Part shown: piece by piece, positions 29,341 through 40,142 of the stretch
How positions within the stretch are numbered: position 1 is the first letter of the stretch
How the letters are laid out: each line of letters opens with the position of its first letter
Assembly (NCBI GenBank): GCA_022614965.1
Contig: JAKEHO010000082.1
Span: forward strand, 12,069-76,068
Direction of reading: 5' to 3'
Source: Gammaproteobacteria bacterium
GTDB taxonomy: Bacteria > Pseudomonadota > Gammaproteobacteria > JAKEHO01
DNA: 64,000 nucleotides
The notes under the pieces: generated by a model
Seen by the model: only the letters and a program-made list of their open reading frames with translations
What the model was told of the DNA's origin: nothing
Databases searched by the model: none
Translations under genes and position numbers: made by a program

Positions 29341-30990
29341 CTAGGCACTTCGCTCCTCTTCGGAAGGCGTGTATCCCGGGATCTTGGTGAGGTCCACTTC
29401 AGCAATCTCTCGTACATCAAGGTATTGTTCTGCGTACTTGGCGTACACCTTCTCACGCAGGAAAATATCGAAAAGGTCCGCATCAATATGATTGCTTTGT
29501 TTCATGCGGCCCATGATGACCAAGGCCTCCGAGAGTGACATTGCCTTCTTGTAGGGTCGATCGCTGGCCGTGAGTGCCTCGAACACATCTGCAATCGCGA
29601 CCATCCTTGCTGGAATGGACATCTGATCTCGGGTAAGGCGATTTGGATAACCCGTGCCATCCATGCGCTCATGGTGGCCACCTGCATATTCCGGCACCCG
29701 TTGAAGATGTTTGGGATAGGGAAGCGCCTTCAACATCTTGATGGTAACGACGACGTGATTGTTAATGATCTCCCTCTCTTCCTGCGTCAACGTACCACGG
29801 CTGATGTGCAGGTTATAAATCTCATCCTCGGTCAAAAAATTTGTTTCCTTGCCGCTTGTGTCAACCCATCGATACTTGCCAATCTGATTCACTCGTTCTC
29901 TGCCTTCATCCGACATGGACTCACCGCCAATATTGCATCGCCTTAGGAAGACGCGATCATCGTCCAACTGCATAAGTTGTTGCTGATACGCATCATCATT
30001 TGACAGGTCCAAGTCTGAGGGATCATCTTCACTGTCTTTCAATTTACGGCGCAACACCGCGATCTCGGCGTTACGCTTCAACACCTCAAAACGCGTGTCT
30101 ATCAGATGTACCCGATCAAATGTGGTCGAAAGCTTTGTCGGCTTGTCCACGACGTACTCCGGCGTGGTGATTTTCCCGCAGTCATGCAGCCAGGCCGCTA
30201 CACTCAGCTCGTAGCGTTCCTCCTCAGTCATATCAAAATCTTTCAGCGGACCAGCCTTTGTTTGACATGCAGCATCCGCGAGCATCTCAGTCAATACAGG
30301 CACACGCCGGCAGTGTCCTGCCGTATAGGGAGACTTTTCGTCAATCGCGTCGGCGATTAACTGAATAAGGGAATCAAACAGCTTGCGTTGCGCGTCGATC
30401 AACGACTTTTTGGTGATTGCCACCGCGGCTTGTGAGGCCAGCGACTCCACCAGCTGCTGATCGAGCAAGGAAAACGTCGTGACCGCGCCTGTCTTTGGAT
30501 CCTTTGCATTCAACAGTTGCAACACGCCGATGATCTCACTTTCATGATTAGTCATCGGAACGGTGAGAAACGATTTAGAGCGGTATCTAGTCCGTTCGTC
30601 AAACCTGCGTGTGCCGGAAAAATCAAATTCCTCGCTGGTGTACGCATCGGGAATATTGATTGTCTTTCCGCTCAATGCAGCACACGCCGCCACCATTTGA
30701 TTGTTCGGGCGCCCCTCCTCATCGTATAGGGGCAACGGTGCGTATGGGATCCGCGTGCCGCTGGTACCCCCCATCCTGATCCCAAGTGACTCCGTAAGCA
30801 TAATTTCAAATTTCAGATGGTCATCTTCGGTCCGTGAATAGAGCGTTCCCCCGTCAGCATTCGTGATTTCTTTTGCCCGCACCAGAATCATCTCCAACAG
30901 CCGGTTATGATCCTGCTCAGCGGAGAGTGCGATGCCGATTGCGTTGAGTTCTTGAAGAAGCTTTAGAAGATCGGGGCTCGATGGATCCAT
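29341..30990 (-). CDS. GAF domain-containing HD-GYP phosphodiesterase
   Basis: N-terminal GAF-like region, then the HD (WLHDCGK) and HHERMDGTGYP motifs. Confidence 0.85.
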   Translation of the reverse strand: MDPSSPDLLKLLQELNAIGIALSAEQDHNRLLEMILVRAKEITNADGGTLYSRTEDDHLKFEIMLTESLGIRMGGTSGTRIPYAPLPLYDEEGRPNNQMVAACAALSGKTINIPDAYTSEEFDFSGTRRFDERTRYRSKSFLTVPMTNHESEIIGVLQLLNAKDPKTGAVTTFSLLDQQLVESLASQAAVAITKKSLIDAQRKLFDSLIQLIADAIDEKSPYTAGHCRRVPVLTEMLADAACQTKAGPLKDFDMTEEERYELSVAAWLHDCGKITTPEYVVDKPTKLSTTFDRVHLIDTRFEVLKRNAEIAVLRRKLKDSEDDPSDLDLSNDDAYQQQLMQLDDDRVFLRRCNIGGESMSDEGRERVNQIGKYRWVDTSGKETNFLTEDEIYNLHISRGTLTQEEREIINNHVVVTIKMLKALPYPKHLQRVPEYAGGHHERMDGTGYPNRLTRDQMSIPARMVAIADVFEALTASDRPYKKAMSLSEALVIMGRMKQSNHIDADLFDIFLREKVYAKYAEQYLDVREIAEVDLTKIPGYTPSEEERSA

Positions 30991-31068
30991 ACGGGAATGC
31001 CGTTCACCGTAGTACCGGGCCGATTCTAATAGATTGACGCGCTAGGGGATAGAGCGAATATGGCTTTT

Positions 31069-32967
31069 TTAACTCTTGACCTGTGCTCCGCTAATGACAA
31101 GGAACATCTCGTTAAGCCGATGGACGAAACCCGCCGGATCATCCAGCTGGCCGCCTTCGCTCAGAAGCGCCTGATCAAAAAGGATACGCGACCAATCAGC
31201 TACGCGTTTCTCGTCTTTTTCTTCGTTAAGCCGGACGACGATGGGATGTTCCGGATTGATCTCGAGTATCGGCTTGGAGGTCTTGACAGTTTGTCCGGTG
31301 GCCTTTAACAGGCGTTGAAGATGAGCACCCATCTCGTATTCATCTGTAACCAAACATGCTGGCGAGGACGTCAAGCGATGCGTTATGCGTACCTCTTTGA
31401 CCTTATCGTCCAATGCGGTTTTTATGCGTCCCAACAAGTCCTTAAACTTGCTGCTCGCCTCACCAATCTTCTGCTTCTCATCCTTGTCCTGGATTTCGCC
31501 GAGATCAAGCTCGCCCTTGGCCACCGATTGCAGTTTCTTTCCGTCGAACTCCGTCAAATAGGACATCACCCATTCGTCAACTGGGTCCGCCAAGACCAAG
31601 GCCTCGATCCCTTTCTTGCGGAAAATCTCGAGGTGAGGGCTGTTCTTCGCCGTATCAAAATCTTCCGCAATGACGTAATAGATATACTTCTGATTCGCCT
31701 GCATACGGCCAACATAGTCGGCAAGTGACACGGCCTGCGTTGCCTTGTCATCGTGCGTCGATGCAATTCGCAGTAACTTGGCGATCCGATCGCGATTATC
31801 TGGATCTTCCACTATCCCTTCCTTGAATACGCGGCCGAACTCCTTCCAGAACTTCGCGTACTTTTCCGGATCCTTCTTGGCCATGTCCTCGAGCAGCCCC
31901 AGTATCTTCTTTACAGATGCACCTCGAATGGTATCGATTGCCCTGTTACGCTGGAGCATCTCCCGAGAAACATTGAGCGGAAGGTCATTCGAGTCGACCA
32001 CGCCGCGCGCAAAGCGCAGATAGGCCGGCATAAGCTGTTCAGCATCATCCATAATGAAAATACGGCGTACGTAGAGCTTTATCCCGTGGCGATGCTCACG
32101 ATCCCACAGGTCGAACGGGGCCCGCGATGGAATAAACAGCAGGCTCGTGTATTCCATTTTCCCTTCCACCTTATTATGTACATAGGCCAGCGGCGCCTCG
32201 AAATCGTGCGCCACGTGCTTGTAAAACTCGTTGTACTCTTCTTCAGTGATTTCTTTTTTTGAGCGGGCCCATAGTGCCGTGGCCGCATTTACCGTCTCCT
32301 CTCCGGTTTTGTCCTTATCTTCCTTGGGCATCAGGATAGGCATCGAGATATGGTCTGAGTATCTGCGGATGACGGCGCGCAGGCGATGACCGTCCAAAAA
32401 GTCATCCACGCCCTTGCGAAGGTGCAGCACGACTTCCGTACCGCGCTCTGGCCGTTCTAATGATTCTACCGTGTACTCCCCCGTACCTTCCGATTCCCAT
32501 CGCACGCCTTCGCTATGCAAGGATCCTGCACGACGCGTGGTCAAAACCACCTTCTTGGCCACGATGAATGATGAGTAAAACCCGACACCGAACTCACCGA
32601 TCAACCGGGCGTCTTTGGCCTGGTCACCGGTTAACGAGTCAAGGAACTGGCGGGTGCCCGACTTGGCAATGGTACCGATGCCGTCCACGACCTCCTGGCG
32701 CGACATGCCAACGCCGTTGTCCCGAACGGTAATGGTCTTTTTCTTCTTATCGTAGTCAACATGAATCTTCAGCGCTGGATCGCCCTCATAGAGGGCATCA
32801 TTGGACAACGCCTCGAAGCGTAACCTGTCGCAGGCATCCGAGGCGTTGGAGATCAGCTCCCTTAAGAAGATCTCTTTTTCGCTATAGAGCGAATGGATCA
32901 TCAGATCCAGGAGTTTCCGGACCTCCGCCTGAAACCCCAGTGTTTCCTTGTTCGTATCAACACTCAT
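31069..32967 (-). CDS. htpG: molecular chaperone HtpG (Hsp90)
   Basis: [38 protein letters not shown]. Start placed at ATG 32967. Confidence 0.95.
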   Translation of the reverse strand: MSVDTNKETLGFQAEVRKLLDLMIHSLYSEKEIFLRELISNASDACDRLRFEALSNDALYEGDPALKIHVDYDKKKKTITVRDNGVGMSRQEVVDGIGTIAKSGTRQFLDSLTGDQAKDARLIGEFGVGFYSSFIVAKKVVLTTRRAGSLHSEGVRWESEGTGEYTVESLERPERGTEVVLHLRKGVDDFLDGHRLRAVIRRYSDHISMPILMPKEDKDKTGEETVNAATALWARSKKEITEEEYNEFYKHVAHDFEAPLAYVHNKVEGKMEYTSLLFIPSRAPFDLWDREHRHGIKLYVRRIFIMDDAEQLMPAYLRFARGVVDSNDLPLNVSREMLQRNRAIDTIRGASVKKILGLLEDMAKKDPEKYAKFWKEFGRVFKEGIVEDPDNRDRIAKLLRIASTHDDKATQAVSLADYVGRMQANQKYIYYVIAEDFDTAKNSPHLEIFRKKGIEALVLADPVDEWVMSYLTEFDGKKLQSVAKGELDLGEIQDKDEKQKIGEASSKFKDLLGRIKTALDDKVKEVRITHRLTSSPACLVTDEYEMGAHLQRLLKATGQTVKTSKPILEINPEHPIVVRLNEEKDEKRVADWSRILFDQALLSEGGQLDDPAGFVHRLNEMFLVISGAQVKS

Positions 32968-33036
32968 GGCAGCGATCACTCCTTCACGAAGGGTAGCGCG
33001 GGGGCTGCGCCAAGAAGCTAGGATCCATACATCCCT

Positions 33037-33065
33037 GTATGGGACTTTTCGCGCGATATTTCAAG
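33037..33065 (-). promoter_or_regulatory. sigma32 (RpoH)-type heat-shock promoter for htpG
   Basis: The minus strand reads CTTGAAA, a 14-nt spacer, then TCCCATAC (consensus CTTGAAA-N13-15-CCCCATNT), about 70 nt upstream of the htpG ATG. Confidence 0.5.
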
Positions 33066-33110
33066 TCACGGCCCATAGTCGTGCCTGCCTGCTTTCGTTA
33101 CACTTCGCGC

Positions 33111-35678
33111 ATGTCCGCGTCCGTGAAGACAGAGCCACAACACACCCCGGTGATGCAACAATACCTCCGCATCAAGGCGGAGCATCCCGATAAACTGCTC
33201 TTCTATCACATGGGCGACTTTTACGAATTGTTCTACGAAGATGCCCGCAAGGCCGCCCGGCTTCTCGACATCGCGCTCACGGCACGGGGGCAGTCAGCCG
33301 GGGAGCCGATCCCAATGGCCGGTGTGCCGGTGCACGCCCTAGACGCGTATCTCGCCAAGCTGGTGCGCTTGGGCGAGGCCGTAGTCATTTGTGAGCAGAT
33401 CGGCGATCCCGCAACCAGCAAAGGTCCCATAGAGCGCAAGGTGGTTCGCATTGTCACCCCGGGAACCATCACCGACGAGGCATTGCTTGACGATCGCGAG
33501 GACAACCTTCTAGCGGCAGTGGCTGTTGCAGGCGAGACCTTCGGTATCGCCGCCCTTGAACTCAGTAGCGGGCAGTTTCGTGTCATGGAAGTGCAAGGAA
33601 AAGAAGCGCTTAAGGGCGAACTCGAGCGCCTGCATCCCGTCGAACTCCTCATCAGTGAAGATCGGCGACACCTGGAGGACCTGAATTCCAGGCCGGGGCT
33701 GCGCCTCCAGCCACCCTGGTATTTCGACATCGACACGGCCCGGCGCACCCTGATCCGCCAGTTTGGAGTGCACGATCTATCAGGCTTTGGTTGTGAGTCG
33801 ATGAGCCTTGCGATTGGCGCGGCTGGCTGCCTGTTACAGTACGCCCTCAATACTCAGCAGACAGAACTCCCTCACATTCAGGGCCTGCGCGTGGAACGCC
33901 CAGACGAGGGCATCATCCTGGACGCAACGAGCCGCCGAAATCTTGAGCTCGATCGAAGCCTCATGGGGAGTGACCAGAATTCGCTTCGGAAGATCATGGA
34001 TACGACAGCGACGGCCATGGGCAGCCGGATGCTCCGGCGTTGGCTGAACCGCCCGCTGAGGGACCGGCAAACACTCCGGCTTCGACACCATGCCCTCGGC
34101 GCGCTCATGCCCGGGCAGCGTTACCAGGCCCTGCACCGGAACATCGATGCGGTGGGCGATATGGAACGGATACTCGCACGCATCGCGCTCAAGTCTGCTC
34201 GTCCACGCGATCTGGCCCAGCTCAGGAACTCACTTGGTGCGTTACCTCAACTCTGTGCGCTCTTAGGTGACATCGATAGCCCCTTGATCCAGTCGTTAGC
34301 AAATCAGGCGCGTGAATTCCCGGATCTCCATCGCCTTCTTACCGAGGCCATCGTCGAGACACCGCCCGTGCTGCTGCGCGATGGAGGCGTGATTGCATCG
34401 GGCTTCGACGCGGAGCTGGACGAGCTCCGTGAGCTTGCGAACGAGACCGGGACTGCGCTGGTCGCGCTGGAAGCCCGCGAGCGCGAACGCACAGGGATCG
34501 CCAACCTCAAGGTCGGTTACAACCGTGTACACGGCTATTACATCGAGGTGAGTCGCAGCCAGAGTCACCGAATGCCCCCTACACACACCCGCCGCCAGAC
34601 ACTCAAAGGTGCAGAACGATTCATCACGCCGGAGCTCAAGGCGTTTGAAGACAAAGTATTAAGTGCCCGTGAGCGCGCATTGGCCAAAGAAAAGTTCCTT
34701 TATGACGATCTTCTTGATCGCTTGATTCAACACCTGTCCACCCTGCAGGCATGTAGCGCCGCTCTGTCAGAACTGGATGTCCTGGTCGCCTTTGCGGAAC
34801 GGGCAGACACATTGAACCTCATTCCACCCGAGCTGACCCTGAGCCCGGGCCATTACATCGAGGCTGGCCGTCACCTGGTGGTAGAACACGGGTTGGGCGA
34901 GCCCTTCGTACCCAATGATCTGGAACTCACCGATGGGCGGCGAATGCTCATCATCACCGGCCCAAACATGGGGGGCAAGTCAACCTATATGCGCCAGGCT
35001 GCCCTCATCATGATACTCGCCCACATCGGGAGTTATGTCCCTGCTAGAAAGGCCATTATTGGTCCGGTAGACCGGATCTTCACCCGTATCGGGGCACTCG
35101 ACGATCTCGCGGGCGGGCGCTCCACTTTCATGGTCGAGATGACGGAGACGGCTAACATTCTTCACAACGCAACGCCTGAAAGCCTGGTGCTGATGGACGA
35201 GGTCGGCCGCGGGACCAGTACCTTTGACGGTCTGGCACTCGCCTGGGCCTCAGCTGAGTATTTGGCAAAGCAAGTCGGTGCCTTCACGCTCTTCGCAACC
35301 CATTACTTCGAACTGACGGCGTTGCCGACATTCGCTGACAATGTGGCAAATGTCCACCTGGATGCGATCGAACACGGCGATAAAATCGTGTTCTTACATG
35401 CAGTCAAGGAAGGTCCGGCCAACCGCAGCTACGGCTTGCAAGTGGCATTACTCGCGGGGCTGCCGCGCCCAGTTGTGGACCGTGCCAGGCGACGCCTGGA
35501 TGACCTGGAAGCGCGACAAGCGGTGCTGACCGAACCGGCGGAGGAGCGCCCAACCGATCTGTTCTCCCCTCGTGAACAAAATCCTGTCGCCGATGCGCTC
35601 AAACTGATCGATCCGAATTACCTCACGCCGTTTGAGGCGCTGGAGGCACTGTATCGGCTGCGCTCAATGCTAAAGTGA
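33111..35678 (+). CDS. mutS: DNA mismatch repair protein MutS
   Basis: [28 protein letters not shown]-terminus and Walker [13 protein letters not shown] 33111 is preferred to the track start at 33039. Confidence 0.95.
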   Translation: MSASVKTEPQHTPVMQQYLRIKAEHPDKLLFYHMGDFYELFYEDARKAARLLDIALTARGQSAGEPIPMAGVPVHALDAYLAKLVRLGEAVVICEQIGDPATSKGPIERKVVRIVTPGTITDEALLDDREDNLLAAVAVAGETFGIAALELSSGQFRVMEVQGKEALKGELERLHPVELLISEDRRHLEDLNSRPGLRLQPPWYFDIDTARRTLIRQFGVHDLSGFGCESMSLAIGAAGCLLQYALNTQQTELPHIQGLRVERPDEGIILDATSRRNLELDRSLMGSDQNSLRKIMDTTATAMGSRMLRRWLNRPLRDRQTLRLRHHALGALMPGQRYQALHRNIDAVGDMERILARIALKSARPRDLAQLRNSLGALPQLCALLGDIDSPLIQSLANQAREFPDLHRLLTEAIVETPPVLLRDGGVIASGFDAELDELRELANETGTALVALEARERERTGIANLKVGYNRVHGYYIEVSRSQSHRMPPTHTRRQTLKGAERFITPELKAFEDKVLSARERALAKEKFLYDDLLDRLIQHLSTLQACSAALSELDVLVAFAERADTLNLIPPELTLSPGHYIEAGRHLVVEHGLGEPFVPNDLELTDGRRMLIITGPNMGGKSTYMRQAALIMILAHIGSYVPARKAIIGPVDRIFTRIGALDDLAGGRSTFMVEMTETANILHNATPESLVLMDEVGRGTSTFDGLALAWASAEYLAKQVGAFTLFATHYFELTALPTFADNVANVHLDAIEHGDKIVFLHAVKEGPANRSYGLQVALLAGLPRPVVDRARRRLDDLEARQAVLTEPAEERPTDLFSPREQNPVADALKLIDPNYLTPFEALEALYRLRSMLK

Positions 35679-35785
35679 TAAGGCCACCGGGCCCGTTACA
35701 TCGCGCCTGGGGTGGCTCGCTAAATCTCCTAAAGCGGCATAAAATGGAAAACAAAAGATGATGATAGGCTTAGGAAACTCGAGCA

Positions 35786-36109
35786 ATGACCTTTGTAGTA
35801 AAGGAAGCCTGCATTAAATGCAAATATACGGATTGCGTGGAAGTCTGCCCGGTTGATTGCTTTCACGAAGGCCCCAACATGCTGGTGATCGACCCCGATG
35901 AATGCATTGACTGCACACTTTGCGAGCCGGAATGTCCTGTCGATGCCATCTGTTCACAGGATGATTTAACCGAAGCCGAACAGCAGTTCCTGACGTTGAA
36001 TGCGGAACTCGCCAAGATCTGGCCAGGGATCAATCAGATGAAAGCCGCACCGCCGGACGCCGACGAATGGAAGGACGTTAAGGATAAGCTCCAGCACCTG
36101 CAGCGTTAA
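35786..36109 (+). CDS. fdxA: ferredoxin, FdxA type (7Fe)
   Basis: Cluster motifs [14 protein letters not shown] and [12 protein letters not shown]; 107 aa. Confidence 0.9.
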   Translation: MTFVVKEACIKCKYTDCVEVCPVDCFHEGPNMLVIDPDECIDCTLCEPECPVDAICSQDDLTEAEQQFLTLNAELAKIWPGINQMKAAPPDADEWKDVKDKLQHLQR

Positions 36110-36181
36110 ACAACAACGCCTGACAGCGCACGAGAATGTGGGCCGTGCAACCCCCGCAACGGTTTTCATGGGTGGTCTCTG

Positions 36182-36694
36182 ATGCCAATTCAGACATGTT
36201 CAGTTCGGGTTCAGCACGGTGGGGGAAGTTGGGACGCGGGTCGTCCGGTAAACCGCCTACTCATTGTACTTGCCTTCTGTACAGGCTGTAGCGCCGTTTT
36301 GGCTGAGGACGTCCCTGTCTATAAGTGGGTTGACGAAAATGGCACCGTGCATTACGGCGATCGCCCCAAGGATACCGACGCCGAAAAGCTGGAGCTGGAT
36401 GCCGCTCCGGCCCCGGACGATGCGCTGAGTGCGCGAAGGGCGAAACAAGAGAAGCTCCTACGGATCATGGAAGAAGAGCGCCAGAGGGAAAGTGACAAGG
36501 CTGTCCAAGCGAAAGCAGAACAAGAGCAACAGAAGCAAATGTGCGCGACTGCAAAGGAGCGCCTTTCCCAATATGAGAACTCGCGGTATCTCTTTGAGGA
36601 AGATAAAGACGGCAATCGCCGCCGCCTGAGCTACGAGGAGCGGCAGCAGTTGGAGGACAACGCGAGGACTGCCATCGCTCGGTATTGCAAATAG
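36182..36694 (+). CDS. DUF4124 domain-containing periplasmic protein
   Basis: Signal-like LLIVLAFCTGCSAVLA, then VYKWVDENGTVHYGDRP (DUF4124 signature) and a charged coiled-coil tail. The exact start is uncertain. Confidence 0.65.
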   Translation: MPIQTCSVRVQHGGGSWDAGRPVNRLLIVLAFCTGCSAVLAEDVPVYKWVDENGTVHYGDRPKDTDAEKLELDAAPAPDDALSARRAKQEKLLRIMEEERQRESDKAVQAKAEQEQQKQMCATAKERLSQYENSRYLFEEDKDGNRRRLSYEERQQLEDNARTAIARYCK

Positions 36695-36757
36695 ACAATT
36701 TCCGCGGTGCCAGTATAGTATGGCTAACATCAGAAATTCATAAGAGTTTTACGCCTT

Positions 36758-39289
36758 ATGAAACGGACATTCTGGCAGCGTGACTGGTTTGCCGGTCTGG
36801 CTATCTCGATTGTTTTCCTGTTCATCGCCAACACCGGTTTCATCCGAAGCCTCGAACGTACGGCATATGACCTTGGCATTCGAGCGTCCTCGCATGATCC
36901 AGGGGACAAAGTCGCCATCATCGCAATCGATGATGAAAGCGTCGCCAATATTGGGCGATGGCCGTGGTCCCGTGATGTACTCGCCAAGATGATCGATGAG
37001 CTCGCAGGCAGCGGCGCAAAAGTGATTGGCAACACGGTGTTTATGTCTGAGCCGCAGATCGATCCTGGGCTTACCTACATTAATCAACTGATCGATTTTT
37101 ATACATCGTCCGGCCTCGCAAACGAACCGATTGAGCAGCTCGGGGAGATGGGAACCCTGTTGAACGATGCCCAAAGCGCACTGAACACAGACAAAAAACT
37201 CGCTGTTAGTATGAGAGAGGCGGGCGACGTCATCATGGCGATGCAATTCGTGCTCGGCCAACCACTCGGTAATCCCGACAAGGAGCTACCAGAGTTTGTC
37301 ACAAAATATGCGCTTCGGAACATCAGCTCCGGAAGCGGTGTCGGGCCGCGACCTGCATTAGCCGCCACCCCGCCTATCCAAGAACTCGGTAATGAAGCGA
37401 TCGGTATTGGCCATATCACCTTTCCTCTCGACTTTGATGGAGGTGTGCGCACGGAATCACTGGTGCTCGACTACTACGACCGTTTTTTCCCCTCCTTTTC
37501 ACTGTTGCTTGCGGCACAGAGTCTCAATCTAGGAATTGATGACATTCAGGTAACGCTCGGAGAGGGTATCAAACTCGGAAAGCTCAGTATCAAGACCGAT
37601 CCTTACTTGCAAATGAGACCCTTTTTCTACACCGATCGCGGGGATAAACCGGCGTTTCATGTGGATTCCTTTTTCGACGTGTACACCGACAAGATCCCGG
37701 CTGAGAAGTACCGGGATAAGATCGTGCTCATCGGCGCGACGGCCTTTGGCCTGGGTTCTCCGCAACTAACCCCTGTTAATTCTGCTATGGAGCCGGTTGT
37801 CACACTGGCCCACACCATCGCCAGCATCCTAAATGAAGATTTCTTCATCATCCCGGACTGGGGAGGGTTGGCGCGGATGGGGGCCTTCCTGGTGATTGCC
37901 TTGTATCTCATGTTCTTATTGCCAAGCCTCCGCGCAGGGATGGCAGCCGGGATCACCGCGGTGCTGCTCATCGCTCTTGTGCTCGGCGAGACCACATTTA
38001 TGGTTCGCGACGCCATGTGGTTAGAGCTGATGTGGCCTGCTAGTTTACTCTTCTTCGGGTATCTGCTGCTGACCACCAAACGCTATCTTGTCACGGAAAA
38101 GGGCAAGCTCCGCTCCGAGGCTGAATCGGCCGAGAGTAACCGGATGCTCGGCCTTGCCTTCCAGCAACAGGGCCAGCTGGATATGGCCTTTGAAAAATTC
38201 CGTAAATGTCCCCTTGACGACTCGATCATGGACCCACTGTACAACTTGGCGCTGGACTACGAGCGAAAGCGCCAGTTCAGCAAGGCCAACGCGACGTACA
38301 ACTACATGTCCCAATACGACCCCAATTTCCGAGACGTCAAGGAGCGAAGCCCTCGAGCAAAGGCGATGGAGGAGACCATCATGCTCGGCGGGCCGGGCTC
38401 CGGCCCAGCGGCTGGTACCCTGGTGCTGGATGTCGCCGGCGGCGTCGAAAAGCCCATGCTCGGCCGCTATCAAATCGAAAGGGAGCTCGGTAAAGGGGCC
38501 ATGGGGACCGTCTACCAGGGCAGGGACCCGAAGATCAACCGCGTCGTGGCGATTAAGACCCTGCCGCTCTCCCAGGAGTTTGAGGAAAATGAATTGGAGG
38601 CGGTGAAAACGCGTTTCTTCCGCGAGGCGGAGACGGCGGGTCGCCTGACGCATCCCCACATCGTGACGATTTACGATGCCGGCGAGGAGCACGATCTGGC
38701 CTATATTGCCATGGAGTTCCTCAAGGGCGAGGATTTGAGGCCATACACTAGTCGAGACAATCTGCTCCCCTTACGCACGGTCATCGATATCACCATCCAA
38801 GCGGCAGACGCACTGCATTACGCGCACTCGCAGAACGTGGTGCACCGTGATATAAAACCGGGCAACGTCATGTGGGAACGCGACACGGGAAACATCAAGC
38901 TAACGGATTTCGGCATCGCCCGGATTACCGACGCCAGCAAGACAAAGACCGGAATGGTCTTTGGCACCCCCTCCTACATGTCACCCGAGCAGCTTTCCGG
39001 CCAAAAGGTCGACGGGCGTTCAGATCTATTTTCGCTCGGCGTGATGCTATACCAGCTGATCTGTGGTTCGTTGCCATTTCAAGGTGATTCCATGGCGACA
39101 CTCATGTATAAGATCACGAATGAGCCGCATCCGAACATCGTGAACCGGCGACCCGAACTGGGCCAAGAAGCACCGCTCTTGGTACCCATTATCAATAAGG
39201 CGTTACAAAAGGCAGTGGAAGCACGCTACCAAACCGGTGGTGAACTGGCGAGGCACATGCGGACCTGCCTGCAGTCACTCACAAAGTGA
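36758..39289 (+). CDS. CHASE2 sensor domain-containing Hanks-type Ser/Thr protein kinase (CHASE2 - TM - TPR - kinase)
   Basis: N-terminal TM plus CHASE2 (IIAIDDESVANIGRWPWSRD), a TM cluster around aa 355-445, a TPR-like segment, and a C-terminal kinase (GAMGTVY..VAIK, HRDIKPGN, DFGIAR, GTPSYMSPEQ). Confidence 0.88.
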   Translation: MKRTFWQRDWFAGLAISIVFLFIANTGFIRSLERTAYDLGIRASSHDPGDKVAIIAIDDESVANIGRWPWSRDVLAKMIDELAGSGAKVIGNTVFMSEPQIDPGLTYINQLIDFYTSSGLANEPIEQLGEMGTLLNDAQSALNTDKKLAVSMREAGDVIMAMQFVLGQPLGNPDKELPEFVTKYALRNISSGSGVGPRPALAATPPIQELGNEAIGIGHITFPLDFDGGVRTESLVLDYYDRFFPSFSLLLAAQSLNLGIDDIQVTLGEGIKLGKLSIKTDPYLQMRPFFYTDRGDKPAFHVDSFFDVYTDKIPAEKYRDKIVLIGATAFGLGSPQLTPVNSAMEPVVTLAHTIASILNEDFFIIPDWGGLARMGAFLVIALYLMFLLPSLRAGMAAGITAVLLIALVLGETTFMVRDAMWLELMWPASLLFFGYLLLTTKRYLVTEKGKLRSEAESAESNRMLGLAFQQQGQLDMAFEKFRKCPLDDSIMDPLYNLALDYERKRQFSKANATYNYMSQYDPNFRDVKERSPRAKAMEETIMLGGPGSGPAAGTLVLDVAGGVEKPMLGRYQIERELGKGAMGTVYQGRDPKINRVVAIKTLPLSQEFEENELEAVKTRFFREAETAGRLTHPHIVTIYDAGEEHDLAYIAMEFLKGEDLRPYTSRDNLLPLRTVIDITIQAADALHYAHSQNVVHRDIKPGNVMWERDTGNIKLTDFGIARITDASKTKTGMVFGTPSYMSPEQLSGQKVDGRSDLFSLGVMLYQLICGSLPFQGDSMATLMYKITNEPHPNIVNRRPELGQEAPLLVPIINKALQKAVEARYQTGGELARHMRTCLQSLTK

Positions 39290-39295
39290 TTGGCT

Positions 39296-40120
39296 ATGGA
39301 CCTGACTAGCAAGCTTGAAATCGCGAACATCTCTCATGTCGGCAAGAAACGCCGGCATAACGAGGACAGCACGGTGAGCGACCCGAGTCTCGGACTGCTT
39401 GTGCTCGCAGATGGCATGGGGGGATATAGAGCGGGCGAGGTGGCAAGCAGCATTGCCGTGACGTCGATCATGAATGCCGTCAAAGGCCAGGTTGGAAATC
39501 TAAGACCCAATCGGCGGAGTGGCCCGGCCGGTTCGCACCCGGAATCTCTGCTGATCAAAGACGCCATCAGCCAGGCAAACTGGAATATCTACAAGATCGC
39601 CCGGGACGAACCACAGTGCCAAGGCATGGGAACGACGGTGGTGGTCAGCCTCTTCTATAATGATGAGATTACGATTGCCCATGTGGGCGATTCGAGGCTC
39701 TACCGGCTGCGTGGGGGCAAACTCCAGCAACTCACGACTGACCACTCGCTAATTCAAGAGCTTATCGACCGGGGCATGTTTACGCCTGAGGAAGCCGAGG
39801 TGTCGATGCCTAAGAATCTGGTCACCCGGGCGCTCGGGGTCAGAGCGGACGTCCAGGTGGACATTCAGAAGGGTCATGTCAGCCCCGGGGACATCTACCT
39901 GCTGTGTTCGGACGGCCTCAATGATATGGTAACTGATGAAGAAATTCGCTTAACCCTAAGTAAATATAGTGCTAATCTTGTACAGGCGGCAGGGGAATTG
40001 GTACAGCAAGCAAACGAAAAAGGAGGCAATGACAACATCTCCGTGATACTGGCGCGCCCCCTGGACCACTTTCCAGCACCGAGCAGCTTGTATCAGAGGG
40101 TATTTGGGCTATTCAGTTGA
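39296..40120 (+). CDS. PP2C-family Ser/Thr phosphatase
   Basis: LADGMGG, GTTVV, LLCSDGL and GGNDNIS motifs. Starts 6 nt after the kinase stop. Confidence 0.88.
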   Translation: MDLTSKLEIANISHVGKKRRHNEDSTVSDPSLGLLVLADGMGGYRAGEVASSIAVTSIMNAVKGQVGNLRPNRRSGPAGSHPESLLIKDAISQANWNIYKIARDEPQCQGMGTTVVVSLFYNDEITIAHVGDSRLYRLRGGKLQQLTTDHSLIQELIDRGMFTPEEAEVSMPKNLVTRALGVRADVQVDIQKGHVSPGDIYLLCSDGLNDMVTDEEIRLTLSKYSANLVQAAGELVQQANEKGGNDNISVILARPLDHFPAPSSLYQRVFGLFS

Positions 40121-40142
40121 CGTCAGTCGATAGGACAGTTCT

